A DNA stretch of 64,000 bases from an uncultured Pseudomonadales bacterium (GTDB taxonomy: Bacteria; Patescibacteriota; Microgenomatia; UBA1400; PJMF01): assembly GCA_964406075.1 (NCBI GenBank), contig CAYOQI010000001.1:197015-261014 (forward strand), written 5' to 3'. Shown here piece by piece: positions 46,961 through 55,952 of this stretch. Positions within the stretch are counted from its first letter, which is position 1. Every line of letters begins with the position of its first letter. The notes beneath the pieces were generated by a model. It was given only the letters and a program-made list of their open reading frames with translations. It made no database searches and was not told the origin of the DNA. The position numbers and the translations under genes were made by a program.

Positions 46961-48628
46961 ATGTCATTTTTTGGAAAATTATCCGGCGTATTTGGACCAA
47001 ATAGAAAATCTGGACCATCCCGTCCATCTTTAAAACCTGTAGGAAGTGCACCAGTGCGTCCAACCCCTCGGGTTCAACCTACTCGTCCACTCACCCCTCT
47101 CACCCAAAAAGTCTCACCTCAACCCCAGCCAAGGGCTGGTCAGCCTTTGGCTGAAACCACAAGAGTTCAACCTCAACCTCAAGTAAATCAGGTGAATTTG
47201 GCTCAACAGCAACAACAGGCTGATCACATGATTCGTGAAGCGCAGGCCAAAGCTCGAGAAGTGATTGTCGAGGCCAAAAGTGAAGTTCTTCGCATGCGTG
47301 AAGAAGCTGAACAAGAAGTGCGTAAAATTCGTCAAAGTCTCGATGATCAGCAACGATCACTCGATCAAAATTTGAACAGTTTAGAAAAACGTTTGAATAT
47401 TCTTGATCAAAAAGAAGAGCATTTAGAAAAATTCAAACAAGATTTGGAACAGACCACCATTGATTTGAGAACGAAACGTGAAAAAGTCATGTCCAAATTG
47501 GAAGAAGTTTCCAAGATGACCACTGATGAAGCTCGCGCGCTCATCTTAGAAACCATGGAAAAGAAGTTGAGCAAAGAAACATCGCTCATGGTTCGTCAAA
47601 AAGAAGAAGAAGCCAAGAATCAAGCTGATGAGATCGCCAAAGAAATCATCGTGGAAGCCATGAGACATGGTGCGACTGATTATGTTCCCGAGTACACCCT
47701 TTCCGTGGTGAAAATCCCAGATGAAGAAGTCAAAGGTCGGATCATTGGAAAAGCCGGAAGAAACATTCACGCCTTTGAGCACATCACCGGCGTCGATGTC
47801 GATCTCGATGGCGATCCAAACGAAGTTCGATTGTCCTGTTTCGATCCAGTACGCCGTGAGATTGCTCGACAATCTTTGGAGCAATTGATCAAAGATGGCC
47901 GAATCCAACCTTCTCGTATTGAAGAAATTGTGGCCAAAGTTACTCGTGATCTTGAAAAGATCATGTTCGAAGAAGGCAAGAAACTCTGTCATGCTGTCGG
48001 CGTCTACAATTTACCAGCGGAATTAGTTGCCTACTTAGGTCGATTCAAGTATCGCTTCTCGTATGGTCAAAACTTAATAGCTCATACTCTTGAAGAAACA
48101 AAGATCGGTATCAAGTTGGCTCATGAAGTGGGAGCCAATGTCGATGTCGTCAAACTAGGATGTTTGTTGCATGACATTGGAAAAGTCGTGAATGATGAAA
48201 ATGGTAGTCACGTCGAACTCGGTGTGAAATTATTGAAAAAATATAAAATGCCGAAAGCAGTCATCGACTGTGTGGCTCAACATCACGAAGATGAACCATT
48301 CAGTGGAGTCGAACAAGTGCTCGTCTACATCGCTGACGCCATCTCAGGTGCCCGACCAGGAGCCCGATACGAAAACTACGATGAGTACGTGGCTCGTTTG
48401 AGCAAACTGGAAGAAATTGCAGTTTCCTACGATGGAGTCGATCACGCATACGCTATTCAAGCTGGACGTGAAGTCCGAGTGATCTTGAATCCAGGGCAAT
48501 CTCGCGATGACGATGTTGTCGCTTTATCACATACCATTAAGGATCGTATTCAAAACGAAATGACCTATCCTGGAACGGTCACTGTCACCGTCATTCGTGA
48601 ATCACGAGCCATGGATGTTGCGAAATAA
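46961..48628 (+). CDS. rny: ribonuclease Y
   Basis: KH domain (GRIIGKAGRNIHAFEHITGVDV) and HD domain (LLHDIGK). The N-terminus is a Pro/Gln-rich segment rather than a TM helix. Confidence 0.9.
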   Translation: MSFFGKLSGVFGPNRKSGPSRPSLKPVGSAPVRPTPRVQPTRPLTPLTQKVSPQPQPRAGQPLAETTRVQPQPQVNQVNLAQQQQQADHMIREAQAKAREVIVEAKSEVLRMREEAEQEVRKIRQSLDDQQRSLDQNLNSLEKRLNILDQKEEHLEKFKQDLEQTTIDLRTKREKVMSKLEEVSKMTTDEARALILETMEKKLSKETSLMVRQKEEEAKNQADEIAKEIIVEAMRHGATDYVPEYTLSVVKIPDEEVKGRIIGKAGRNIHAFEHITGVDVDLDGDPNEVRLSCFDPVRREIARQSLEQLIKDGRIQPSRIEEIVAKVTRDLEKIMFEEGKKLCHAVGVYNLPAELVAYLGRFKYRFSYGQNLIAHTLEETKIGIKLAHEVGANVDVVKLGCLLHDIGKVVNDENGSHVELGVKLLKKYKMPKAVIDCVAQHHEDEPFSGVEQVLVYIADAISGARPGARYENYDEYVARLSKLEEIAVSYDGVDHAYAIQAGREVRVILNPGQSRDDDVVALSHTIKDRIQNEMTYPGTVTVTVIRESRAMDVAK

Positions 48629-48661
48629 ACGTTAAACTATATTCTGCCCAAAGGAGTTCAT

Positions 48662-48883
48662 ATGTCTCGTGGTATTGAAGAAAGAGGCTACAAGCCTAGT
48701 GAAAGAAGAGATGCCAATGTAAAAATTGGAAAAAAAATTGATGCTGAACTGCTTATGGAGGCAAAAAATACTTTCTTTTGGAGATCAACTTATCCTGGAG
48801 AGAAGGAGAAAGATCCTACTTTAACTGCAGAAGCTTTTTATATTAAATATCAAGGTGACCTAGAACGTGCAATGGGTGTATAG
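48662..48883 (+). CDS. hypothetical protein (73 aa)
   Basis: An AAAGGAG tract lies upstream. Tightly coupled to the next ORF. Confidence 0.4.
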   Translation: MSRGIEERGYKPSERRDANVKIGKKIDAELLMEAKNTFFWRSTYPGEKEKDPTLTAEAFYIKYQGDLERAMGV

Positions 48884-48885
48884 AT

Positions 48886-49350
48886 ATGCCAGAAGAAAAA
48901 AGTTCTGCCTTTCGTCGACCAGCTGATGCTAATTCAGTTTTACTTGCGAAAACTCGCGATACAGCAATTAAAAACCAAAACCTGGATGAAATTAATAGTA
49001 TTGATTACGAAGCAGAATCTCACTTTACTCCTCGTTGGCTATGTCCTTGTGGCAGAGATAATGAATGTGCCGTAAGTACGTGTAATCAATGTAGCAACAC
49101 TCGCCCCCCCATTCTTCATGGTGACCCCAATCAAGGTGACCCGTATTTGGGATTAGCCCGTATGGTCGCAAGAAACATTTTACATCACGGTATACCTGTA
49201 GAATATCAGGTGAAGTCCACACAATGGCAATCATTTCCTAGTAGATATACTATAGATCAATATAAATTTGATTCAGAACAAAAAGGGAAAGGTCGTTGGA
49301 TGGGTTGGCAAGATTATGTAGATTTTATTCAAAATGGCGGAAAAGTTTAA
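48886..49350 (+). CDS. hypothetical protein with a Cys4 zinc-ribbon-like motif
   Basis: CPCGRDNECAVSTCNQC. Confidence 0.45.
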   Translation: MPEEKSSAFRRPADANSVLLAKTRDTAIKNQNLDEINSIDYEAESHFTPRWLCPCGRDNECAVSTCNQCSNTRPPILHGDPNQGDPYLGLARMVARNILHHGIPVEYQVKSTQWQSFPSRYTIDQYKFDSEQKGKGRWMGWQDYVDFIQNGGKV

Positions 49351-49386
49351 ATTTCGACTGTATTATTTTTCACTATCATCGCTTGA

Positions 49387-49407
49387 ACTTAGCACCTAAA
49401 ACCTAGC
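49387..49407 (-). repeat. Heptad array; plus strand reads ACTTAGC ACCTAAA ACCTAGC
   Basis: Read directly. On the minus strand it gives TAG/TAG/TAA at 7-nt spacing across the rfbB stop. Confidence 0.6.
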
Positions 49408-50371
49408 CCTTCAACGGTTTCCACCAGCCCTCATTATTTTTATACCATTCAGTGGTACGAGTTAAACCTTCTTCAAGCGTTACTGAAGGCGACCAACCAA
49501 GTTCTTGATGGATTTTTGACCAATCCACCGCATATCGTCGATCATGACCTTTTCGATCCTCGACAAACTCAATCTGAGTTTCATCTTTACCCATAATTTG
49601 AAGAATCATTTTCACCACTTCCAGATTACTCACATCTTTCGATAATCCACCAATCAAATACGTATCTTGGTTTTTGCCTTTGGTTAAGACTTCAGCGATG
49701 GCTCGACAGTGATCTTCAACGAACAACCAATCGCGAACATTGAGCCCATCCCCATAGACTGGAACTTTTTCACCTTCAATTAAATTAGTAATAGCTAATG
49801 GAAATAACTTTTCGGGGAAATGGTACGGCCCGTAATTATTTGAACAATTGGTCATCGTGTACGGCAAACCATATGTCTCGCCGTAGGCTCGAACTAAGTG
49901 GTCTGAACCCGCTTTACTTGCAGAATACGGGCTACGCGGATCATACTTCGTATCTTCGTTAAATTTCTCTGAACTTCCTAACTCTAACGACCCAAATACT
50001 TCATCTGTCGAAATATGATGAAAACGCTCAACTCCGGCTTTCAATGCACAATCCAGAAGAACTTGCGTTCCAATCACATTCGTTTGGACAAATATTTGCG
50101 GACCAGTAATAGATCGATCGACATGTGTCTCAGCTGCAAAGTGAACGACATGTGTCACGCCGTGCATAGCTTGAGTAACAGCCTGGGAATCAGTAATGTC
50201 AGCTTTGATAAAAGAATATCGGGAATCGTTTTCAATATCTTTGAGACTTTCCAAGTTACCAGCGTATGTGAGCAAATCAAGATTCACCACTTCAGAATCA
50301 AAATTCTTCAACCAGTAATGGATAAAATTGGAGCCGATAAACCCAGCTCCTCCGGTAACTAAAAGCTTCAT
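49403..50371 (-). CDS. rfbB: dTDP-glucose 4,6-dehydratase
   Basis: LLVTGGAGFIGSNF, YSASKAGSD and the overall RmlB pattern. Confidence 0.9.
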   Translation of the reverse strand: MKLLVTGGAGFIGSNFIHYWLKNFDSEVVNLDLLTYAGNLESLKDIENDSRYSFIKADITDSQAVTQAMHGVTHVVHFAAETHVDRSITGPQIFVQTNVIGTQVLLDCALKAGVERFHHISTDEVFGSLELGSSEKFNEDTKYDPRSPYSASKAGSDHLVRAYGETYGLPYTMTNCSNNYGPYHFPEKLFPLAITNLIEGEKVPVYGDGLNVRDWLFVEDHCRAIAEVLTKGKNQDTYLIGGLSKDVSNLEVVKMILQIMGKDETQIEFVEDRKGHDRRYAVDWSKIHQELGWSPSVTLEEGLTRTTEWYKNNEGWWKPLKG

Positions 50372-50373
50372 AA

Positions 50374-50541
50374 TTAGTTTTCTTGCAACTCTAAATAGCG
50401 AATATTCAATCGATTATATCTTTTTTCAAGCTCTTGAAACTTGGTCAGGTAGTATCCAGCAAACAGTGAAAGTATAAAAATAATCACAACAAGAAATCGA
50501 ATTATCCACAAAAAATGTATCGGCTGTGTATTTTTTTCCAT
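50374..50541 (-). CDS. 55-aa membrane/coiled-coil protein (below the track cutoff)
   Basis: My translation is MEKNTQPIHFLWIIRFLVVIIFILSLFAGYYLTKFQELEKRYNRLNIRYLELQEN. Its TAA stop lies 2 nt before the rfbB ATG. An R2 element lies directly upstream. Confidence 0.4.
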   Translation of the reverse strand: MEKNTQPIHFLWIIRFLVVIIFILSLFAGYYLTKFQELEKRYNRLNIRYLELQEN

Positions 50542-50547
50542 GTGTTT

Positions 50548-50605
50548 TCTCTCCTCGAGGAGAGATCCTCAAGACGACCGAAAGAAGTCATGAGGAAGAG
50601 AGGTG
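50548..50605 (-). repeat. R2-family structured repeat (SD-sequestering hairpin)
   Basis: Minus strand reads CACCTCTCTTCCTCA..TGAGGA-TCTCTCC-TCGA-GGAGAGA-AAACAC-ATG(50541). Confidence 0.7.
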
Positions 50606-50657
50606 TATATTCAGCAATTTAATAATTTAGCAATGTTACAAATACTATCTAACAAAT

Positions 50658-50699
50658 GACCTTTTCCCTTGCACCTTTAACCTCGAACCTGTCCTTATT
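50658..50699 (-). repeat. Heptad array; plus strand reads GACCTTT TCCCTTG CACCTTT AACCTCG AACCTGT CCTTATT
   Basis: Read directly. It ends on the stop codon of the GT2 gene. Confidence 0.7.
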
Positions 50700-51885
50700 T
50701 TTTCTTTCTCCAAATGATTTTTGAATATGCAAAAAAGTTCCAAAACATTCCAGCCAAAATACCAACCACAGCGTAGAAGAAGCCCGTATCAAACTCGATA
50801 CCGATAATTGGAAGTGTGATTAAAGTAAAAAGTCCAATAAATTTTTCTCCCCCAGTGCTAATCAAGAACTGAATGAGTAACGAACCAAGTGAAGTTAAAT
50901 TGAACTGTAAAAATTTGGCTGGAACTTGGACAGCTGTTAACTTTCGATCAGCAAATGTCCATAAATTACTAAAGATAAAATTGGAAATAATCGCCGTTTC
51001 AATACTCAGTAACGTCGCCTCTTGAAAAGCCGACAGAAAGGATACATGATTCACCGGAATTAAATAACGAAAAAGATGAAGAGAACTCAATTGTATTGCT
51101 GCACCAAGCCCACCAACCATGACAAATTTGAATGCTCTCTTCTTCATGAGTTCTTGAATTCGCACTTTGAGAATGTACATAAGTGTATTTTTGATATATT
51201 CAGTACCTAGTTTTGATTCACCAAAGGTTCGATCCACAAATTTGAACGGCACCTCTGCTATTTTGAAACCTCGGCGTACTGCTTTATGTAAAAATCCGAT
51301 TTGGAAAGTATACCCTGAAAATTGATCTGTGTTCATCTCACTTTTCACGGCTTCATATACTTCTTTCTTAATCGCTCGATACCCACTTGTCCAATCATGA
51401 ATTGAAAAATCGGTCAGCACCACGGTAATAATGATATTACCAACTACGCTCAAAAACTTTCGATGCGCTCCCCAATCATCCGGAATTCCACCACCTTCAA
51501 TATACCGCGATCCGAGTACAAAATCATATCCCTGATCAATTTTTTCTAAAAATTGAGGGATTTTGCGCGGGTCATGGGATAAATCAGCATCAAACTCGAA
51601 GATAACATCAGCATCCATATTGTTAAATGCTTCAGCCATTCCCTTTAAATATGCTCCACCTAATCCAGATTTTTTTGGATTAATGAGTAAAGAAACATAC
51701 GGGAGTTTTTTTGAAATTTTTCTGACCACATCTGCGGTTCCATCAGGCGAAGTATCGTCAACGATCAAGACTTCCAGTTTCCAGTCTTTTGATAAAGTGG
51801 AACGCACAGTATCCACAGCCAGGAGAGTCTGCTCGATATTCTCAGCTTCGTTGTACGTAGGGATGATTATGACGGCTTTGGACAT
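50695..51885 (-). CDS. GT2 polyprenol-phosphate glycosyltransferase fused to a GtrA-like membrane domain
   Basis: IIIPTYNEAENI, VDDTSPDGT and DADLSHDP (Dpm1/PPM synthase-like). The C-terminal 4-TM region is GtrA-like. Confidence 0.85.
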   Translation of the reverse strand: MSKAVIIIPTYNEAENIEQTLLAVDTVRSTLSKDWKLEVLIVDDTSPDGTADVVRKISKKLPYVSLLINPKKSGLGGAYLKGMAEAFNNMDADVIFEFDADLSHDPRKIPQFLEKIDQGYDFVLGSRYIEGGGIPDDWGAHRKFLSVVGNIIITVVLTDFSIHDWTSGYRAIKKEVYEAVKSEMNTDQFSGYTFQIGFLHKAVRRGFKIAEVPFKFVDRTFGESKLGTEYIKNTLMYILKVRIQELMKKRAFKFVMVGGLGAAIQLSSLHLFRYLIPVNHVSFLSAFQEATLLSIETAIISNFIFSNLWTFADRKLTAVQVPAKFLQFNLTSLGSLLIQFLISTGGEKFIGLFTLITLPIIGIEFDTGFFYAVVGILAGMFWNFFAYSKIIWRKKK

Positions 51886-52045
51886 GTATTTTTTTTATCT
51901 AAAACATTCACTCTTGTGCTTGTGTGACATACGGACAGGAAAGCCCAATAAACGAGGGGAGATAGAATATACTATCTCTTACATGTGTAAGTATTTCTCA
52001 GTAAATTCGTAAGAAAATTCTTACACATCCCGATTGATTTGAAAA

Positions 52046-53011
52046 TTACACCCGCTCATTTTCCAATTCTGCCTCAACCATCAACGTCACTAATTCCGCA
52101 AAACCAACAGTTGGCTTCCAACCCAGTTTTTGTTGAGCCTTCGAAGCATCACCAACCAATAAATCTACTTCAGCTGGGCGATCATACTTCGGATTGTGTT
52201 TATAAATTGATTTCCAATCATCGATACCGACAGCTTTACACGCTAACTCTAAATACTCTTGAACCGAGTGCGTTTCACCAGTAGCGATGACAAAATCTTC
52301 GGGTGTATCTTGCTGAAGCATTAGCCACATCGCTTCCACATAATCCTTGGCATATCCCCAGTCTCGTTTAGCGTCAAGATTTCCAAGCTCTACCACATCC
52401 TGCTTCCCAAGTTTTATTCTGGCGACAGCATTTGCGATTTTTCTAGTGACAAACTCTAAACCTCGACGTGGGGATTCATGATTAAAAAGAATGCCGGACA
52501 CAGCAAACATGTCAAATGACTCACGATAATTTACCGTAATCCAATGTCCATACACTTTTGCAACACCATATGGAGAGCGAGGATAAAAAGGTGTGGTTTC
52601 TTTTTGTGGTGTTTCTTGGACTTTTCCAAACATTTCTGAACTCGAAGCTTGATAAAATTTTGCCTTTGGATGCGCGTGTTTGACTGCTTCCAACATCCGT
52701 GTCACTCCTATCGCAGTAAACTCACCGGTCAAGACCGGTTGTTCCCAACTTGCCTGAACAAAAGATTGTGCGGCTAAGTTGTAGACTTCATCAGGTTTGA
52801 TTTTTTGAATGGCATTCGTAATGGAATGTTGATCGATCAAATCGCCTGAGATGAGCTCAATTTCATGAATAATATGTTCAATACGGGCAAAGTTTTGTGT
52901 ACTCGTCCGACGAGTCAAACCATAGACTTTGTATCCTTTTTGGAGAAGTAATTCCGCCAAATATGATCCATCTTGGCCGGTAATACCGGCAATAAATGCT
53001 GATTTAGACAT
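52046..53011 (-). CDS. gmd: GDP-mannose 4,6-dehydratase
   Basis: [31 protein letters not shown] and NHESPRRG. Confidence 0.9.
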   Translation of the reverse strand: MSKSAFIAGITGQDGSYLAELLLQKGYKVYGLTRRTSTQNFARIEHIIHEIELISGDLIDQHSITNAIQKIKPDEVYNLAAQSFVQASWEQPVLTGEFTAIGVTRMLEAVKHAHPKAKFYQASSSEMFGKVQETPQKETTPFYPRSPYGVAKVYGHWITVNYRESFDMFAVSGILFNHESPRRGLEFVTRKIANAVARIKLGKQDVVELGNLDAKRDWGYAKDYVEAMWLMLQQDTPEDFVIATGETHSVQEYLELACKAVGIDDWKSIYKHNPKYDRPAEVDLLVGDASKAQQKLGWKPTVGFAELVTLMVEAELENERV

Positions 53012-53069
53012 TGTTTTCCTCTTTTTTAGATTAATGTTGTATATTTTTTAGTTTAAAAACTGTAACTTG

Positions 53070-54038
53070 TTAAGCCTTCCCTCGCCACTCTTCTAGCACT
53101 AACTTTAAACTTTCCTCGAGCGGTATTTCTGGTTTCCATCCTAACTTTTTTATCTTGTCACTGTTTGAAACCAGTGGAGAAGTATCGGGTCTCAATCGCG
53201 ATTCATCCGTCTTTACATCGATACTCACCTTCGCATGAGCAATCATCTTATCAAGCAATGATCGCATTGTGTAGCCTTGCCCACTGCCCACGTTATAGAC
53301 TTCACCTCGAACCCCTTTTTCCATCAAGAGCACATACGCTTTGACCACATCTCTCACATCACTCAAATCTCTAATTGGTTCCAAATTCCCGACTTTAACT
53401 TCCTTTTGTTCTCCTCGCTCCACCGCAACAATTTGACTTGCAAACGCTGGAATTGCAAAGTCAGCCGTTTGTCCCAACCCAATGTGGTTAAAAGGTCGCA
53501 CTCGAACAATATCCAACCCATATGAATTTGCATATGCGAGACCCAACAAATCTTGAGTAACTTTGGAAACTGCATACGGCGAAAGTGGTTGCAATGGATC
53601 TTCTTCCGAAAAAGCTATTCCTTCTGACTGGCTCGCCGTTTTTATTCCATATTCGGTTCCACTTCCTATAACTAAGACTCGAGCTTGTGGTGAGTGTTCT
53701 CGAACAGCTTCAAGCACATTCAGTTGAAGAGTAAGGTTATTGTGAAAAACTTCAGCCGCCCGTTCAAAACTCGCACCAACTATTGAGATCGCCGCCAGAT
53801 GAAATATCCAATTCGGTTGAATAGCTTTAATCAGCTCAAACACCGCCGAATGATTTGTCAGATCAAGACTCATGTATCGAACTTTTTCAGAAAAAGAAAT
53901 GTTTTTAGGAGCTGTATGTGAAAAACCCGTCGCCACAATTTGACAATCAAATGTTTTATCAAGCAACTCGATTAAATGACGACCAGCAAATCCAGTTCCC
54001 CCGGTCACTAAAATTGTTTTTGGCTGTGAAGCATCCAT
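53070..54038 (-). CDS. NAD-dependent epimerase/dehydratase, GDP-4-dehydro-6-deoxy-D-mannose reductase (Rmd)-like
   Basis: ILVTGGTGFAGRHL, SPYAVSK and RPFNHIGLGQ. Adjacent to gmd. Start placed at MDASQPK (54038), because the track start at 54110 lies inside the R2 repeat. Confidence 0.7.
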   Translation of the reverse strand: MDASQPKTILVTGGTGFAGRHLIELLDKTFDCQIVATGFSHTAPKNISFSEKVRYMSLDLTNHSAVFELIKAIQPNWIFHLAAISIVGASFERAAEVFHNNLTLQLNVLEAVREHSPQARVLVIGSGTEYGIKTASQSEGIAFSEEDPLQPLSPYAVSKVTQDLLGLAYANSYGLDIVRVRPFNHIGLGQTADFAIPAFASQIVAVERGEQKEVKVGNLEPIRDLSDVRDVVKAYVLLMEKGVRGEVYNVGSGQGYTMRSLLDKMIAHAKVSIDVKTDESRLRPDTSPLVSNSDKIKKLGWKPEIPLEESLKLVLEEWRGKA

Positions 54039-54047
54039 AAAAGTATG

Positions 54048-54106
54048 GCTTCTCTCCTTTGGGAGAGAAGCCTGGTAATCCAGGCAGTGAGGGGAGAATG
54101 ATCTCC
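54048..54106 (-). repeat. R2-family structured repeat (SD-sequestering hairpin)
   Basis: Minus strand reads GGAGATCATTCTCC-CCTCACTG-CCTGG-atta-CCAGG-CTTCTCTCC-CAA-AGGAGAGAAG-CCATACTTTT-ATG(54038). Confidence 0.75.
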
Positions 54107-54123
54107 GCACTTATTGCCATTGT

Positions 54124-54165
54124 TTCAACTGTCTCTAACCTCTAATCTCAATTCTCTTACTTGAT
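54124..54165 (-). repeat. Heptad array; plus strand reads TTCAACT GTCTCTA ACCTCTA ATCTCAA TTCTCTT ACTTGAT
   Basis: Read directly, in the divergent intergenic region before trmD. Confidence 0.6.
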
Positions 54166-54173
54166 GATAAAAT
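54165..54173 (+). promoter_or_regulatory. Candidate extended -10 (TGATAAAAT) that would give a leaderless trmD mRNA
   Basis: TGaTAAAAT ends 6 nt before the ATG at 54180. No SD. Confidence 0.3.
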
Positions 54174-54179
54174 CTTACC

Positions 54180-54917
54180 ATGCGTATAACCATTTTGACA
54201 CTTTTTCCTGAGATGTTCACTGGAGCTTTTTCACACTCCATGCTCAAACGTGCCCAGGATAAAAAATTGCATGATACTCCTCCACTTGAAATAGGAATCA
54301 TTAATATTCGAGATTTTGCTACAGATAAACATCAAACGACGGATGACCGTCCATACGGTGGTGGAGCCGGCATGGTAATGAAAGTCGAACCAATCGATCT
54401 TGCACTCCAGTATGTTCTCTCCCCCTCTAGGGGGAGAACTCAGGCGAGTTATCTGAAAGAAACTCGCCTGATAAGAGAGGGGGAAAGCTCCAAAAGTCAA
54501 ATAACTGCCTCGAAATCCTCAACCAAAATAATCCTCACCTCCGCCAAAGGGAAACTCTTTGGGCAACAAACAGCACAAGTGTATAGTCAGCTTGATCACT
54601 TAGTGATTATCTGTGGTCATTACGAAGGAGTCGATCAACGAGTTGCTGATCATTTAGTTGATGAAGAAGTTCGAATTGGAGATTATGTTTTAACAGGTGG
54701 TGAACCTGCCGCAGCAGTGATAACGGATGCCGTGGCTCGTTTACTTCCAGGAGTTTTAGGAAATGACGTCAGCGCGACTCACGAATCTCACTCTGAACCA
54801 GGATATTTAGAACATCCTCAATACACTCGTCCCGAAAAATATAACGATTGGGAAGTGCCTAAAGTCCTTTTACAAGGGAATCACAAAGAGATTGATGACT
54901 GGAGAAGTAAAAAATAA
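54180..54917 (+). CDS. trmD: tRNA (guanine37-N1)-methyltransferase carrying an in-frame insertion of about 24 codons derived from an R2 repeat
   Basis: ILTLFPEMF, DDRPYGGGAGMVM, CGHYEGVDQRV, IGDYVLTGGE and HPQYTRP. There are extra residues between PIDLAL and KIILTSAKG. Confidence 0.9.
   Translation: MRITILTLFPEMFTGAFSHSMLKRAQDKKLHDTPPLEIGIINIRDFATDKHQTTDDRPYGGGAGMVMKVEPIDLALQYVLSPSRGRTQASYLKETRLIREGESSKSQITASKSSTKIILTSAKGKLFGQQTAQVYSQLDHLVIICGHYEGVDQRVADHLVDEEVRIGDYVLTGGEPAAAVITDAVARLLPGVLGNDVSATHESHSEPGYLEHPQYTRPEKYNDWEVPKVLLQGNHKEIDDWRSKK
54416..54485 (-). repeat. R2-family structured repeat located inside the trmD coding sequence (antisense orientation)
   Basis: Plus strand reads TCTCCCCC-tcta-GGGGGAGA-ACTCAG-GCGAGTT-(11 nt)-AACTCGC-CTGATAAGA-GAGGGGGAA. 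The architecture matches the copies at 54048 and 58827. Confidence 0.75.
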
Positions 54918-54925
54918 AGCGTAAT

Positions 54926-55759
54926 TTATACAATTACTTTCTTCAATTTTTCTACATTCAACGCAGTATTTTTTTGGTATGGTCGCTTCGCAGTTCTCAA
55001 ATATTCTTTGAGACTTCCTGGGCGTACTTCTCCCGCTAATCCAAATTGTTCTTTTACTTTGAGTGCAAATTGATAATCAGTCGTCACTGGATCTGTGGAC
55101 GCATGATATAAACCAGTGATTTTTTCTTTGATAACAAAATTAAAAGTATCGGCCAGTTTTTCTATCTGAGTTGGAGTAAAACTGTGATCAATAAACATGG
55201 GTTGGAGTTTATCTTCTTCCAAAAGTTTCTTTATCCGATGCATGACATCCATTTTGGGAAAATCATCTTGACGATAGGGAAATGCGATCCGAAGAATCGT
55301 GTACTCTGCACCTGACTTCTCCACTTCTTCTTCTGCCCAAGCTTTTGTCTGCCCATACCACTCAATAGGATTCACAGAATCTTCCTCCGTGTACAATCCT
55401 TTTTTCTCTCCATCAAATACAAAATCAGTCGAAATATGAATAAGATGTTTGCCAAAATCTTTGGCAGCTTGAGCCATGTTACGTGTTCCCAGGACATTTA
55501 CGGCATACGCAATCCCAGATTTGTCTCCAGTCTCGGCAAAGGCTGCATTTACATCTGTGAACGCTGCAAGGTGGATGATTGTGTTGGCTGTACTTTTTTC
55601 AATTATTTTTTTGATTTGTTTTTCATCAGTAATATCAATACCCGTCGCTCGATCTAGATTGGTAAACTCATACGTATCTGTATACAGATCAACAAACTTT
55701 GAACCAACTAAACCAGATAAACCCGTCCCAATAATTTCCACTTTTTTATTTTTTGTCAT
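54926..55759 (-). CDS. dTDP-4-dehydrorhamnose reductase (RmlD)-like SDR
   Basis: IIHLAAFTDVNAA, HISTDFVFDG and YGQTKAWAE. Confidence 0.7.
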   Translation of the reverse strand: MTKNKKVEIIGTGLSGLVGSKFVDLYTDTYEFTNLDRATGIDITDEKQIKKIIEKSTANTIIHLAAFTDVNAAFAETGDKSGIAYAVNVLGTRNMAQAAKDFGKHLIHISTDFVFDGEKKGLYTEEDSVNPIEWYGQTKAWAEEEVEKSGAEYTILRIAFPYRQDDFPKMDVMHRIKKLLEEDKLQPMFIDHSFTPTQIEKLADTFNFVIKEKITGLYHASTDPVTTDYQFALKVKEQFGLAGEVRPGSLKEYLRTAKRPYQKNTALNVEKLKKVIV

Positions 55760-55771
55760 ACCTATTTAATA

Positions 55772-55831
55772 CCTCCCCATTTATTAGGGAGGACCTCGAA
55801 TCGAATGATAATGAGATTCAGAGAGGTGGGG
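55772..55831 (-). repeat. R2-family structured repeat (SD-sequestering hairpin)
   Basis: Minus strand reads CCCCACCTCTC-TGAATC..GATTCGAG-GT-CCTCCC-taataaat-GGGGAGG-(12 nt)-ATG(55759). Confidence 0.7.
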
Positions 55832-55952
55832 TTACTCGTTTTTTTCTCACCACTCTTCCCCGTCCACCGGCAGGAAACCTCTAACCTCTCGCAACGAAGT
55901 ATAGTAATTTTATAAACAAAACAAAAGGGGAAAGATCGATCCATTTATCGGA

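Noticed and set aside
51886-52045. Hairpins GAGATAG/CTATCTC and TGTGTAAG/CTTACACA upstream of the GT2 gene as another R2 copy
   Set aside because: The region contains a CTCCCCTC tract but lacks the YCTCYCC-loop-GGRGAGR terminal hairpin and the spacing to the ATG. It is not assignable to R1 or R2.
55877-55890. Two ACCTCTA/ACCTCTC units as a heptad array
   Set aside because: There are only two units, which is too short to distinguish from chance, so it is not listed as a feature.
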